64,000 nucleotides of DNA from an uncultured Bacteroidales bacterium (lineage in GTDB: Bacteria > Bacteroidota > Bacteroidia > Bacteroidales > DASQZP01). Of this stretch, positions 1-8,297 are shown in pieces (position 1 is the first letter of the stretch; each line of letters starts with the position of its first letter). The notes under the pieces were generated by a model. That model saw nothing but the letters and a program-made list of their open reading frames with translations, did not search any database and had not been told where the DNA came from. The stretch lies in contig CAWAMZ010000018.1 of assembly GCA_963783315.1 (NCBI GenBank), forward strand, positions 160,718 to 224,717, written 5' to 3'. A program made the position numbers and the translations under genes.

Positions 1-150
1 AGACCTGAAATCCCGGTTATAGCTGTAACAGCCTATGCACTGGATGGCGACAAAGAAAAAATTTTAGACGCGGGCTGTAATGATTATCTGTCAAAACCAG
101 TTAAAAAAGCAGATTTAATCACAATGTTAAAACAACATTTAAAATTATAA
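1..150 (+). CDS. C-terminal fragment of a CheY-like receiver (REC) domain protein; 5' end lies outside the window
   Basis: Frame 1 is open from base 1: [49 protein letters not shown], with TAA at 148-150. The VIAVTA...G..DYLSKP pattern is the beta4-alpha4-beta5 end of receiver domains. It is absent from the ORF track because it has no start codon in the window. Confidence 0.7.
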   Translation, partial: RPEIPVIAVTAYALDGDKEKILDAGCNDYLSKPVKKADLITMLKQHLKL

Positions 151-158
151 TATAAAAA

Positions 159-186
159 AATCCGGAAAGCAATCTCTCTCCGGATC
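159..186 (-). terminator. Hairpin terminator between convergent genes; U-tract on the minus strand
   Basis: ATCCGGA (160-166) pairs with TCCGGAT (179-185). The A-run at 154-160 gives a U-tract on the minus strand, downstream of the 310-555 gene, and the hairpin sits just after the plus-strand REC stop. Confidence 0.5.
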
Positions 187-309
187 AATTCTCATGCCTT
201 CTGCACACACATATACACTGTCATTTGCAGTAATTTACGCTTTATTCTCCGGCCAATTCAGAGCCGGCTTTATATAATTCCAGGAATAAATACCATTCAG
301 GCACCTACC

Positions 310-555
310 CTATCGGTCGTCATCCTCATCGTAATCTTCGTCGTCCTCCTCGTCTTCCAACTCCTCTTCATCATCGTCAAAATAGTCTTCCATCTTATCA
401 TCATCATCTTTGTAATAATAATCAAAATCTTCCTCATCTTCTATTTCATCAAAGAGGCTTCTCTTAAGGTTTTTTGTTGATTTATCTTTCAACGGATTTT
501 TGGGTGACCTGACCTTGTCATCGTCAAACTGCTGAAAATTCTTTTTTCGCTTCAT
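310..555 (-). CDS. Hypothetical 81-aa protein with a basic N-terminus and an extremely acidic, aromatic-studded C-terminus
   Basis: ORF MKRKKNFQQF...DEDYDEDDDR. Asp and Glu use mixed codons (GAT/GAC, GAA/GAG), so this is not a simple DNA repeat. It has its own upstream spacer and a downstream hairpin. No family recognised. Confidence 0.55.
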   Translation of the reverse strand: MKRKKNFQQFDDDKVRSPKNPLKDKSTKNLKRSLFDEIEDEEDFDYYYKDDDDKMEDYFDDDEEELEDEEDDEDYDEDDDR

Positions 556-691
556 TTTAAAAAAAGTTTATACAATATTTAATGGAGAAAAACTAAAAAA
601 AATATAAAATGAAAATAGAATTATTTCAATTTATATGCAACAAATTGAGATAATATTTTACGATAAAAAAACAGATATATTTATTTGTTAA

Positions 692-1426
692 TCATATGTT
701 TACAAATTTAGAACGAGCTATTTCAATAATTTTTTCCGGATGATTCTCAGCTGCATTCCCCACAACAAGTATATCGGCCCCGGCAAGATATAAATCTGCA
801 GCCTGTCGTGCATTCGTAATACCCCCTCCTATGATCAGCGGAATAGAAATATTGTTTTTTACTTCTTTCACCATTTGAATGGCCGGAGGACTATCAGCAC
901 CACTGCCAGCTTCAAGGTATATAAGTTTAAGACCGAGCATCTCGCCGGCAATAGCAGTGGCAACCGCAATATCAGGTTTATTACCCGGAACAGGCCTGGT
1001 ATTACTCATGTACTCAACCGAGGTTGTAGTACCTCTGTCCACCAAAATATATCCTGTAGGTATAACTTCAATACCAAATCGCTTCAGCATTGGTGCTGCA
1101 ACTACATGATTACCTATGAGAAAATCGGGGTTCCGTCCTGAGATTAATGAAAGAAGAAATATAGCATCTGCTTTATCCGAAAGTTGCAGTAAACTTCCCG
1201 GAAAAATAATTACCGGTATACTGCATAATTCTTTTATTCTGATAACCGTCTCGTCAATTTTTCCGGAAACAAGACTGCCACCAACAAGTATGTAATCTAC
1301 TTCAGCTTCTTTGGCAGCCAGTATGGTATCCAACAGCTGAAACGAATCATAGGCGTCAGGATCGATCAGCAAAACAAATAAATTTTGCTGCTGTAATTGT
1401 GTAAGTATTTGATTATAAAGTATCAT
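692..1426 (-). CDS. Geranylgeranylglyceryl / heptaprenylglyceryl phosphate synthase family protein (GGGPS/PcrB, TIM barrel)
   Basis: 244 aa. Matching motifs: DPD near the N-terminus, VDYILVGGS, IIFPG, LIYLEAGSGA and IIGGGI; length and motif order fit the GGGPS/PcrB family. The start lies 3 nt after the upstream PPTase stop. Confidence 0.85.
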   Translation of the reverse strand: MILYNQILTQLQQQNLFVLLIDPDAYDSFQLLDTILAAKEAEVDYILVGGSLVSGKIDETVIRIKELCSIPVIIFPGSLLQLSDKADAIFLLSLISGRNPDFLIGNHVVAAPMLKRFGIEVIPTGYILVDRGTTTSVEYMSNTRPVPGNKPDIAVATAIAGEMLGLKLIYLEAGSGADSPPAIQMVKEVKNNISIPLIIGGGITNARQAADLYLAGADILVVGNAAENHPEKIIEIARSKFVNI

Positions 1427-1429
1427 AAA

Positions 1430-2062
1430 TCACTTATTGCACCAAACTACTACATAATTATTAATCTTGAAATAATGGAGTTTAAACTTTTCATGACGAA
1501 TCCTGTTTTTAAGTTCTCCATTTGTTACTCCCTCATCAGCAGGTTCAAACGGAGAAACAGTTAAATTTTCACGAAAATTAATTTCCTGCTTATCACATAT
1601 CTTGTACATCGCCTCTTTTGCGCACCAGTGAATGTATAGATGGTATTTCTTTAGAGCTTTGTCATTTGTAATATATTCGAGTGGGTTGATAAATTTAAAC
1701 TCAAGTCTGCTGATTTTATGAGACATGAATTCAAGGTCAATACCTACCCGTTTATTTTTACTCAACAGAATTGAGGTTAAATTGTTTGAATGAGAAATAC
1801 TTATGTTATAAGAGTTTCCCATCAGAAAAGGTTTCCGGTCCCTGTTATAAATAATTTTCGTTCCCGGGGCAACCATATCTACAACCAGGTTTCGAACACT
1901 TAACCATTCCAGTTTTCGTTTATGATTGCCGAAACTGTTAAGCAGCGCCATATCGGCTTCATCCAGATTTACAGTTGAAAGTAATGTATCATAATCTTCT
2001 GTAATTTCCCAAACACCCAACAGACAGTCCTGATCAACGTATTTCTTTATAATAACACCCAT
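1430..2062 (-). CDS. 4'-phosphopantetheinyl transferase superfamily protein (Sfp-like)
   Basis: 210 aa with GIDLE (metal-binding motif) and WCAKEAMYK (the W.xKEA..K PPTase signature). Confidence 0.8.
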   Translation of the reverse strand: MGVIIKKYVDQDCLLGVWEITEDYDTLLSTVNLDEADMALLNSFGNHKRKLEWLSVRNLVVDMVAPGTKIIYNRDRKPFLMGNSYNISISHSNNLTSILLSKNKRVGIDLEFMSHKISRLEFKFINPLEYITNDKALKKYHLYIHWCAKEAMYKICDKQEINFRENLTVSPFEPADEGVTNGELKNRIRHEKFKLHYFKINNYVVVWCNK

Positions 2063-2066
2063 TATC

Positions 2067-2672
2067 TTATTTTTTGCCGCTTACGTTTTTCCACCGGAAT
2101 GTTTCGATCATGTGAATAACATCATCTCTGAAAAAATCAATTAATGGCGCCAGTGAATCCTTATTTGGCTCAACATTGAAATACAAAGCTCCTCTTAAAA
2201 AATGTTTTGTGCTGTCGGTAACAAAAAACTGAACCGAAGAAGCCGTATTTCCTTTGATATCATACAATATACCATATACATGTCTTTCAGGCCTGGCATA
2301 TATTTTTTCATTAATGGCGTCTGCCTTAATACTGTGTTTATAGGCAAGAGTACGGGAATCTTCAATGAAATCCGAAAGGTTGCCGTTCACATTTTTGTAA
2401 CTGATGTGCAGCTTAGCTCCATAACCGGGAAAACTTATATTAATCCAGCAGGGTTCAGTATTGTATTCCATATCCTTTTCAATCTTTGCATAATTGGGAT
2501 ATTCAAATGCATACGGACAATTTTCGGGATCATATAACCGGTAGTCCCTGGAAGGTAAATCGATACGGAAATAACCACGGGGCTTTGGAGTATATGAATG
2601 ATTACAGGAAACAGTAAGTGTCAGAATAACGATAACAAACAAATATGAAGGAAAATTTTTCACAATTATCAA
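2067..2672 (-). CDS. gldD: Gliding motility lipoprotein GldD-like
   Basis: Signal peptide ending in the lipobox LTVSC, followed by YTPKPRGYFRIDLP as I recall from GldD lipoproteins. It lies directly downstream of a gldE-like gene, as in Flavobacterium johnsoniae. Non-ATG start: TTG at 2672 or GTG at 2663. Confidence 0.7.
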   Translation of the reverse strand: MIIVKNFPSYLFVIVILTLTVSCNHSYTPKPRGYFRIDLPSRDYRLYDPENCPYAFEYPNYAKIEKDMEYNTEPCWINISFPGYGAKLHISYKNVNGNLSDFIEDSRTLAYKHSIKADAINEKIYARPERHVYGILYDIKGNTASSVQFFVTDSTKHFLRGALYFNVEPNKDSLAPLIDFFRDDVIHMIETFRWKNVSGKK

Positions 2673-2824
2673 TTCAGATTAAAATGCATGAAAATTTTGA
2701 ATTTTTACCGGTTCGGTTAAGATTTAATTTTTAATTATTCGGTTCATATTTCCGTTTAAGAATCCGGAAGAAGTGATTACAACCAGTCAAAAAGATTGTC
2801 AATTCCATTAGGATTATTTCTGTT

Positions 2825-4165
2825 CTATTCTTCAGCGCTTTCCGTATTATTAATGGTTACTTTAATTTGTTTAATACGTCTTTTATCGGCAGATTCGATT
2901 CTAAAGTTAAAATTTTTATATGAAATGGTACTGTTTTTCTCAGGAATTTCTCCTTTGAGCTCAAGAATCAGGCCTGCCAGTGTATCTGCGTCGCCTTTTA
3001 CCTCATCAAATACATCATCTTTAATATTGGTGATCTTAAAAAAATCGTTTAACAATATTTTGCCTTCAAAGATATAATTATTCTTATCCTGTTTTGAATA
3101 AATTATCTCATCATCGTCCGATTCATCGGTAATTTCGCCAACAATTTCTTCCAGAATATCTTCGAGTGTAACAATTCCGCTCGTCCCGCCATATTCATCA
3201 ATTACCAGAGCAAGGTGTATTTTTTTTGTCTGGAATTCAGTAAGCAGGTCATTGATTTTCTTATTTTCCGGAACAAAATAAGGAGGTCTGATAAGTCCCT
3301 GCCAGTTGAATGTATCGCTTTTATGCAAATGAGGTAACAGGTCTTTGATGTATAATACACCCCTGACATTGTCAAATGTTTCTTCAAATACAGGAATTCT
3401 GGAATAACCCGAATCCAGAATAATTTGAATAAGCTGGGTAAAGGAGCTCTTATAATCCACTGCTGTCGCATCTACCCGCGACTTCATAATCTCCTTTACA
3501 TCAATATTTCCGAATTTAACGATTCTCTTCAAAATATTTTTATCCTCACTCATCCCGGATGAAGTGAGTTCAAGAGCATGTGAAAGATCGCTGATAGAGA
3601 TATTTTGCCCCTTGTGACTGACTCTTTTATTTACGAATGACGTTGAGTACATCAGCAATGAACTGACGGGTTTAAACAAGCCTTTAAGGTAAAATAGCGG
3701 ATATGCCATAAAAGCAGCAAACTTCCTGGGAAGAATAGTAGCGTAAATCTTAGGCAATATTTCACCAAAAAGCAGCAATAAAAACGTAATTATTACAACA
3801 TTAAAAAAGAACCCCAATATTCTCTCCTGAGAAAAATCTATGAGAGAATTAGTAACATATGCTGTTATAATGACTATTGCTACATTAATAAAATTATTGG
3901 CAATCAGTATGGTGGCAAGCAATCTGTTTGGTATATCCAACAGCCTGATAATTAAATTGTTTAACCTGGTTTTTTTCTTTTGTATTTTCTCAATATCTGC
4001 CGGAGAAAGAGAAAAATAGGCCACCTCACTCCCTGAAATCAGCGCAGAAAAAAATAACAACACAATAATTGTTAAAATACCGGCCAGATGCCCGAGGGTA
4101 AAATGGTGAAAAGTAATTTGAATATTATTAAACACGCCTGACGCAGGGTAAGGATCTGTTTCCAA
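2825..4165 (-). CDS. gldE: Gliding motility-associated protein GldE (DUF21 membrane domain + CBS pair + CorC/HlyC C-terminal domain)
   Basis: 446 aa. Architecture: an N-terminal 4-TM DUF21-type region, a CBS pair (IMKSRVD...GYSRIPVF) and a CorC_HlyC-type tail. The ssb-gldE-gldD synteny matches the published F. johnsoniae locus. Confidence 0.8.
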   Translation of the reverse strand: METDPYPASGVFNNIQITFHHFTLGHLAGILTIIVLLFFSALISGSEVAYFSLSPADIEKIQKKKTRLNNLIIRLLDIPNRLLATILIANNFINVAIVIITAYVTNSLIDFSQERILGFFFNVVIITFLLLLFGEILPKIYATILPRKFAAFMAYPLFYLKGLFKPVSSLLMYSTSFVNKRVSHKGQNISISDLSHALELTSSGMSEDKNILKRIVKFGNIDVKEIMKSRVDATAVDYKSSFTQLIQIILDSGYSRIPVFEETFDNVRGVLYIKDLLPHLHKSDTFNWQGLIRPPYFVPENKKINDLLTEFQTKKIHLALVIDEYGGTSGIVTLEDILEEIVGEITDESDDDEIIYSKQDKNNYIFEGKILLNDFFKITNIKDDVFDEVKGDADTLAGLILELKGEIPEKNSTISYKNFNFRIESADKRRIKQIKVTINNTESAEE

Positions 4166-4207
4166 GACTAAATGAAATTGGTTAAATTAAAAATCCAGGG
4201 ATTTTTA

Positions 4208-4681
4208 TTAAAAGGGCAGGTCATCCGAATTTTCTTCAGCGCCCAGGTCTACCTGATTATTGTTTTCGGCCGGAGCAGCAGTGGTAGTATTATTGTTTTC
4301 TGATGGCCTTGCCGACCGCGAACCTTCATTACTGCCTGCCGATTGATCATCCGAACGGCGACCAAGCATTACCATATTATCCCCGTAAATTTCAGTCATA
4401 TATTTTTTAACTCCGTCTTTGTCTTCATAGGAACGAGTCCTGATCTTTCCTTCAAGATATAATTGTTGTCCCTTTTTTACATATTTCTCAGCGACTTCCG
4501 CAAGACCTCTCCATAATACAATATTATGCCACTCAGTAGTCGTAACTTTTTCTCCTTCACGGTTTTTATATGTTTCTGAAGTAGCAAATGGAAAGTTACA
4601 GACAGCAGTGCCGTTTTCCAGGTATCTTACTTCCGGATCCTTTCCTACATTACCTACTAAGATTACTTTGTTTACTGACAT
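4208..4681 (-). CDS. ssb: Single-stranded DNA-binding protein
   Basis: MSVNKVILVGNVGKDPEVRYL OB-fold N-terminus, a disordered Gly/Asn/Ser linker and the acidic tip DDLPF. Confidence 0.95.
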   Translation of the reverse strand: MSVNKVILVGNVGKDPEVRYLENGTAVCNFPFATSETYKNREGEKVTTTEWHNIVLWRGLAEVAEKYVKKGQQLYLEGKIRTRSYEDKDGVKKYMTEIYGDNMVMLGRRSDDQSAGSNEGSRSARPSENNNTTTAAPAENNNQVDLGAEENSDDLPF

Positions 4682-4729
4682 TCTGCTATAGTTTAGATTT
4701 TATTGTTTGATATAAAAGTACAAAATTAA

Positions 4730-5800
4730 TCAGTTATTACCATAATTAAAAATACGAGTGGTCTCAAAATATTTATCGATCAGCCTTGAGACAGGATATT
4801 TAGCCAAATTATCCCTGTGAACTGAAATACCACCGGGAAATTCCGAAGAAATGTCTTCAGAAAGGGAAATCTGAATAAATTGTGCCTGAATACGCTGATG
4901 TGTAAGTTGATGCAAGAATTTCCCGGAGATATTAATCAAAGAAAAACCACGGTCGTTGAAAATATTTTTCCAGGAATCCCCATTTATAAGCTGGTCAACT
5001 GAAACAGCAGAATCGCTTTCAATTAAAGGAAATTCATACAATCCCTCCCAGATATCTCCGGCTGTCCGCTTTTTTAATAACACATGCTCCTGGTTGAATA
5101 CAACAAGATAGAAAAAGAACCTGTTGCGTATTTTCCCTTTTTTTATTTTTACCGGCAGCCTATCAATCATTCGGTGGTTAAATGCATAACAATTTGTTTT
5201 AAGAGGACAATGACTACAATCAGGATTCACAGGAACGCATTGCAATGCCCCGAATTCCATAAATGCCTGATTAAAAAGCCCCGGCTCAAAATCCTGCATC
5301 AGTTCAAACATTATGGAAGTAAACTGTTTTTTTGATCCTGGAGTATTTACAGGAGTGTCAATTCCAAAAAAACGTGCGAGTAACCTGTAAATATTTCCAT
5401 CAACGACCGGCACTTTCTCTCCTGATGCAATGGATGCAACAGCTGCCGCGGTATATTCTCCTATTCCTTTTAGTTTTAAAAGATCACCATACGAATCAGG
5501 AAATATTCCATTGTAATCATGCATAACTGTTTGGGCCGCATGATGCATGTTACGGGCTCTGCTGTAATAACCCAGTCCCTGCCAGACTTTTAAAATACTG
5601 GTAATATTCGCTTCAGCGAGAGCCTGAACATCAGGAAAAGCAGCAATAAATTTATAAAAATACGAAAGTCCCTGATTTACCCGTGTTTGTTGCAAAATTA
5701 CTTCTGATACCCAAATTATATACGGATCGTTTGATTCACGCCAGGGGAGACTTCTCTTATTTACTAAATACCAATCTGTTACGATTTGACCTGTTATCAT
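4730..5800 (-). CDS. mutY: A/G-specific adenine DNA glycosylase MutY
   Basis: 356 aa. HhH-GPD region (LKGIGEYTAAAV), the 4Fe-4S cluster loop C..VNPDCSHCPLKTNC, and a C-terminal NUDIX-like domain. Confidence 0.9.
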   Translation of the reverse strand: MITGQIVTDWYLVNKRSLPWRESNDPYIIWVSEVILQQTRVNQGLSYFYKFIAAFPDVQALAEANITSILKVWQGLGYYSRARNMHHAAQTVMHDYNGIFPDSYGDLLKLKGIGEYTAAAVASIASGEKVPVVDGNIYRLLARFFGIDTPVNTPGSKKQFTSIMFELMQDFEPGLFNQAFMEFGALQCVPVNPDCSHCPLKTNCYAFNHRMIDRLPVKIKKGKIRNRFFFYLVVFNQEHVLLKKRTAGDIWEGLYEFPLIESDSAVSVDQLINGDSWKNIFNDRGFSLINISGKFLHQLTHQRIQAQFIQISLSEDISSEFPGGISVHRDNLAKYPVSRLIDKYFETTRIFNYGNN

Positions 5801-5882
5801 AATTAATCAAGAAGAAAACATGTTTTTTCATTAAAGTGGTAAAAATAATGGATTTGTATTTTATTTATCGAAGGAAAACATT

Positions 5883-5890
5883 TATATTTG
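5883..5890 (+). promoter_or_regulatory. Candidate Bacteroidota -7 promoter element (TAnnTTTG) for hup
   Basis: TATATTTG lies about 57 nt upstream of the hup ATG and matches the TAnnTTTG consensus described for Bacteroides/Flavobacterium sigma-A promoters. Confidence 0.45.
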
Positions 5891-5946
5891 CAATTCAGAA
5901 TTTGAAAATTAGTCTAATTAATTGATAATTAAAGATTTTTTAAAAA

Positions 5947-6231
5947 ATGACAAAAGCAGATATTGTAAACGAAATTTCTAAAAACACAGGAATTGAGAAA
6001 ATAACTGTCCAAAAAACAGTTGAAGCTTTTATGGAAACTGTAAAAGAGTCATTGGTGAAGGACAAAAACGTGTATTTAAGAGGTTTTGGCAGCTTCATAG
6101 TGAAGAAAAGAGCAAAGAAAACAGCTCGTAATATCTCCAAAAACACCACTATTATTATTCCTGAACACTTTATTCCCTCTTTCAAACCTGCAAAGACTTT
6201 TGTAAATAAGGTTAAAAACAATGTAAAATAA
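5947..6231 (+). CDS. hup: HU family DNA-binding protein
   Basis: 94 aa. MTKADIVNEISKNTG...RGFGSF.VKKRA.K.ARN is the typical HU/IHF fold signature. Confidence 0.9.
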   Translation: MTKADIVNEISKNTGIEKITVQKTVEAFMETVKESLVKDKNVYLRGFGSFIVKKRAKKTARNISKNTTIIIPEHFIPSFKPAKTFVNKVKNNVK

Positions 6232-6280
6232 TTTTACATTGAAGGAAAAGAATAGTTAAAATCATTAAATTTTTGTAACG

Positions 6281-6373
6281 ATGCCAAGCGGAAAAAAAAG
6301 AAAAAGACATAAAATGGCGACCCACAAGCGGAAAAAACGCTTGCGGAAGAACAGACATAAGAAAAAGAAATAA
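6281..6373 (+). CDS. 30-aa Lys/Arg-rich microprotein resembling ribosomal protein bS22 / AURKAIP1-COX24 (mS38) family; not in the ORF track
   Basis: Hand translation: MPSGKKRKRHKMATHKRKKRLRKNRHKKKK followed by TAA. The KKR.KR.KM..HKRKK.LRK pattern resembles mycobacterial bS22 and the mS38 C-terminus. It starts 50 nt after hup and is followed by a hairpin at 6420-6451. Confidence 0.55.
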   Translation: MPSGKKRKRHKMATHKRKKRLRKNRHKKKK

Positions 6374-6419
6374 TTTGTTTTCTGCACTGAACAAAATAAT
6401 AATTTAAGATTCAGCCATT

Positions 6420-6451
6420 AAACCTGAAGGATAATTTAATTCTTCAGGTTT
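6420..6451 (+). terminator. Hairpin terminator after hup and the micro-ORF
   Basis: AAACCTGAAG (6420-6429) pairs with CTTCAGGTTT (6442-6451) around a 12-nt loop, followed by a T-rich stretch (tattctgtttt). Confidence 0.6.
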
Positions 6452-6500
6452 ATTCTGTTTTGCAATCTTGAAGGAAGATAATAAAGAGGTCTTCAATTAA

Positions 6501-8063
6501 TTGGAAGAAACTGTGAGTAATGAATTAATAATTGATGTAACTCCCTCTGAAATTGCAATAGCCTTACTTGAAAACAAACAACTCATTGAGCTAAACAAGG
6601 AGAAGAGCAATTTTCAGTTTACTGTTGGCGACATTTATTTAGGAAAGGTTAAAAAAATAATGCCCGGGCTCAATGCTGCATTTGTGGATGTGGGTTATGA
6701 GAAGGATGCCTTTTTGCATTATTTAGATCTGGGTCCGCAATTTCAGTCATTAAATAAATACCTGAAGATAGCCCTCTCTAAGAAAGGAAAGGCCCTGTCT
6801 CTCACCAAGTTAAAGCTTGAAAAAGACATTGATAAAGGAGGGAAAATTGCTGATGTGCTTTCTTCCGGTCAGTATGTGATTGTACAAATAGCAAAAGAAC
6901 CGATTTCCACCAAGGGTCCCCGACTAAGTTCCGAGATTTCAATTGCCGGACGGAATCTGGTATTGATGCCATTTTCTGATAAGGTATCTGTTTCTCAGAA
7001 AATCGAATCTGCCGAAGAAAGACACCGTCTGAAAACTTTGTTATACAGCATTAAGCCAAAGAATTACGGAGTTATTGTCCGTACTGTTGCAGAAACTAAA
7101 AAAGTGGCAGTACTGGATGCTGAATTGAGGAGTCTGGTGAAAAAATGGGAAACTGCATTTGATCAGTTAAAAGGTATAACCCCTCCTCAGCTTGTTATCA
7201 GTGAATTAAGCCGGACAAGTGCTATTTTGCGGGATATGCTGAATGTCAATTTTAACAATATCTATGTTAATGACTCAGCAGCATTTGAAGAAATAAAAGA
7301 TTATATCAATACAATCGCACCTGAAAAACAAAAAATCGTAAAGCAATATACCGGCAAAACACCTATTTTTGAATATTTTAGTATTGAGAAACAGATAAAA
7401 AGCCTGTTTGGCAAGACTGTATCATTCAAAAATGGCGCCTATCTGATCATCGAACACACAGAAGCGCTCCATGTAATTGACGTAAACAGCGGTAATCGTT
7501 CAAAATCAGCAAAAGATCAGGAAACAAATGCACTGGAAGTAAATCTTGCAGCGGCAGCGGAAATTGCCAGGCAACTCCGTTTACGCGATATGGGAGGAAT
7601 TATTGTTGTCGATTTCATCGATATGCACAGTAATGAGCATAAACAAATGGTTTTCGACAAAATGAAGGAGACTATGTCTGATGACCGGACAAAACATAAT
7701 ATCCTGCCGTTAAGTAAATTTGGCCTGATGCAGATTACGCGTCAGCGTGTAAGACCTGAAATGAATATCGATACGGTTGAAAAGTGCCCTACCTGTAAAG
7801 GGACCGGCGAAATTACCCCAAGCATTCTAATTACCCAGCAAATCGAAAATATACTGGCAATAGCAGTTCAGGAAAAAGACCGGAAAAAAATCACGCTCCG
7901 TGTTCACCCTTTTATTTCAGCATATCTGAAGCAGGGATTCCCCTCTTTACGACGAAAATGGTCAGTGAAATATAAATGTAAATTAAATGTGGAACCAAAA
8001 TCTTTGTATAATTACCTGGATTTTAAACTTTTTGACAAGTACGGAGAAGAAATAATTATTTGA
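6501..8063 (+). CDS. rng: Rne/Rng family ribonuclease (RNase G-like)
   Basis: 520 aa. S1 domain (GDIYLGKVKKIMPGLNAAFVDVG), catalytic core (HVIDVNSG..., GGIIVVDFIDM) and a Zn-link-like CPTCKGTG. The track starts at TTG 6501; GTG at 6513 (VSNELIIDV) is an alternative. Confidence 0.9.
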   Translation: MEETVSNELIIDVTPSEIAIALLENKQLIELNKEKSNFQFTVGDIYLGKVKKIMPGLNAAFVDVGYEKDAFLHYLDLGPQFQSLNKYLKIALSKKGKALSLTKLKLEKDIDKGGKIADVLSSGQYVIVQIAKEPISTKGPRLSSEISIAGRNLVLMPFSDKVSVSQKIESAEERHRLKTLLYSIKPKNYGVIVRTVAETKKVAVLDAELRSLVKKWETAFDQLKGITPPQLVISELSRTSAILRDMLNVNFNNIYVNDSAAFEEIKDYINTIAPEKQKIVKQYTGKTPIFEYFSIEKQIKSLFGKTVSFKNGAYLIIEHTEALHVIDVNSGNRSKSAKDQETNALEVNLAAAAEIARQLRLRDMGGIIVVDFIDMHSNEHKQMVFDKMKETMSDDRTKHNILPLSKFGLMQITRQRVRPEMNIDTVEKCPTCKGTGEITPSILITQQIENILAIAVQEKDRKKITLRVHPFISAYLKQGFPSLRRKWSVKYKCKLNVEPKSLYNYLDFKLFDKYGEEIII

Positions 8064-8070
8064 TCATTAT

Positions 8071-8100
8071 AAAGGCAGTTTAACCACTGCCTTTTTCTTT
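8071..8100 (+). terminator. Rho-independent terminator of rng
   Basis: AAAGGCAGT (8071-8079) pairs with ACTGCCTTT (8086-8094) around a 6-nt loop, followed by a T-tract. Confidence 0.8.
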
Positions 8101-8221
8101 TTCTATGCTATAAAACCTGCCTGTTTTTTTCAATACATATTTACCTAACACATCTTTTACTGAATAAGCCTTTTAATTAAAAATATTACTTTAAATGTTT
8201 ATATGCATATATATGGTTATT

Positions 8222-8229
8222 TACATTTG
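8222..8229 (+). promoter_or_regulatory. Candidate TAnnTTTG -7 element for dsbD
   Basis: TACATTTG lies about 69 nt upstream of the ATG at 8298. Confidence 0.45.
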
Positions 8230-8297
8230 TTAACTTGTTTTCATGGACTTTTTTTTACCTTTGGTCTTTGTTTAAAAAAATCAGAAAATTAACAGGC

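Noticed and set aside
5940-6394. Minus-strand ORFs 5940-6221 (93 aa) and 6212-6394 (60 aa), opposite hup and the bS22-like micro-ORF
   Set aside because: They are mirror-frame artefacts of hup and of the purine-rich micro-ORF. The hup call is unambiguous, and the Phe/Leu-rich translations have no features.
8235-8297. 21-codon N-terminal extension of dsbD starting at TTG 8235, as given in the ORF track
   Set aside because: The ATG at 8298 is followed immediately by a canonical signal peptide (MKRTLIIFLALAGISVQAQ). The extension would bury that peptide and would overlap the TACATTTG promoter element at 8222-8229.
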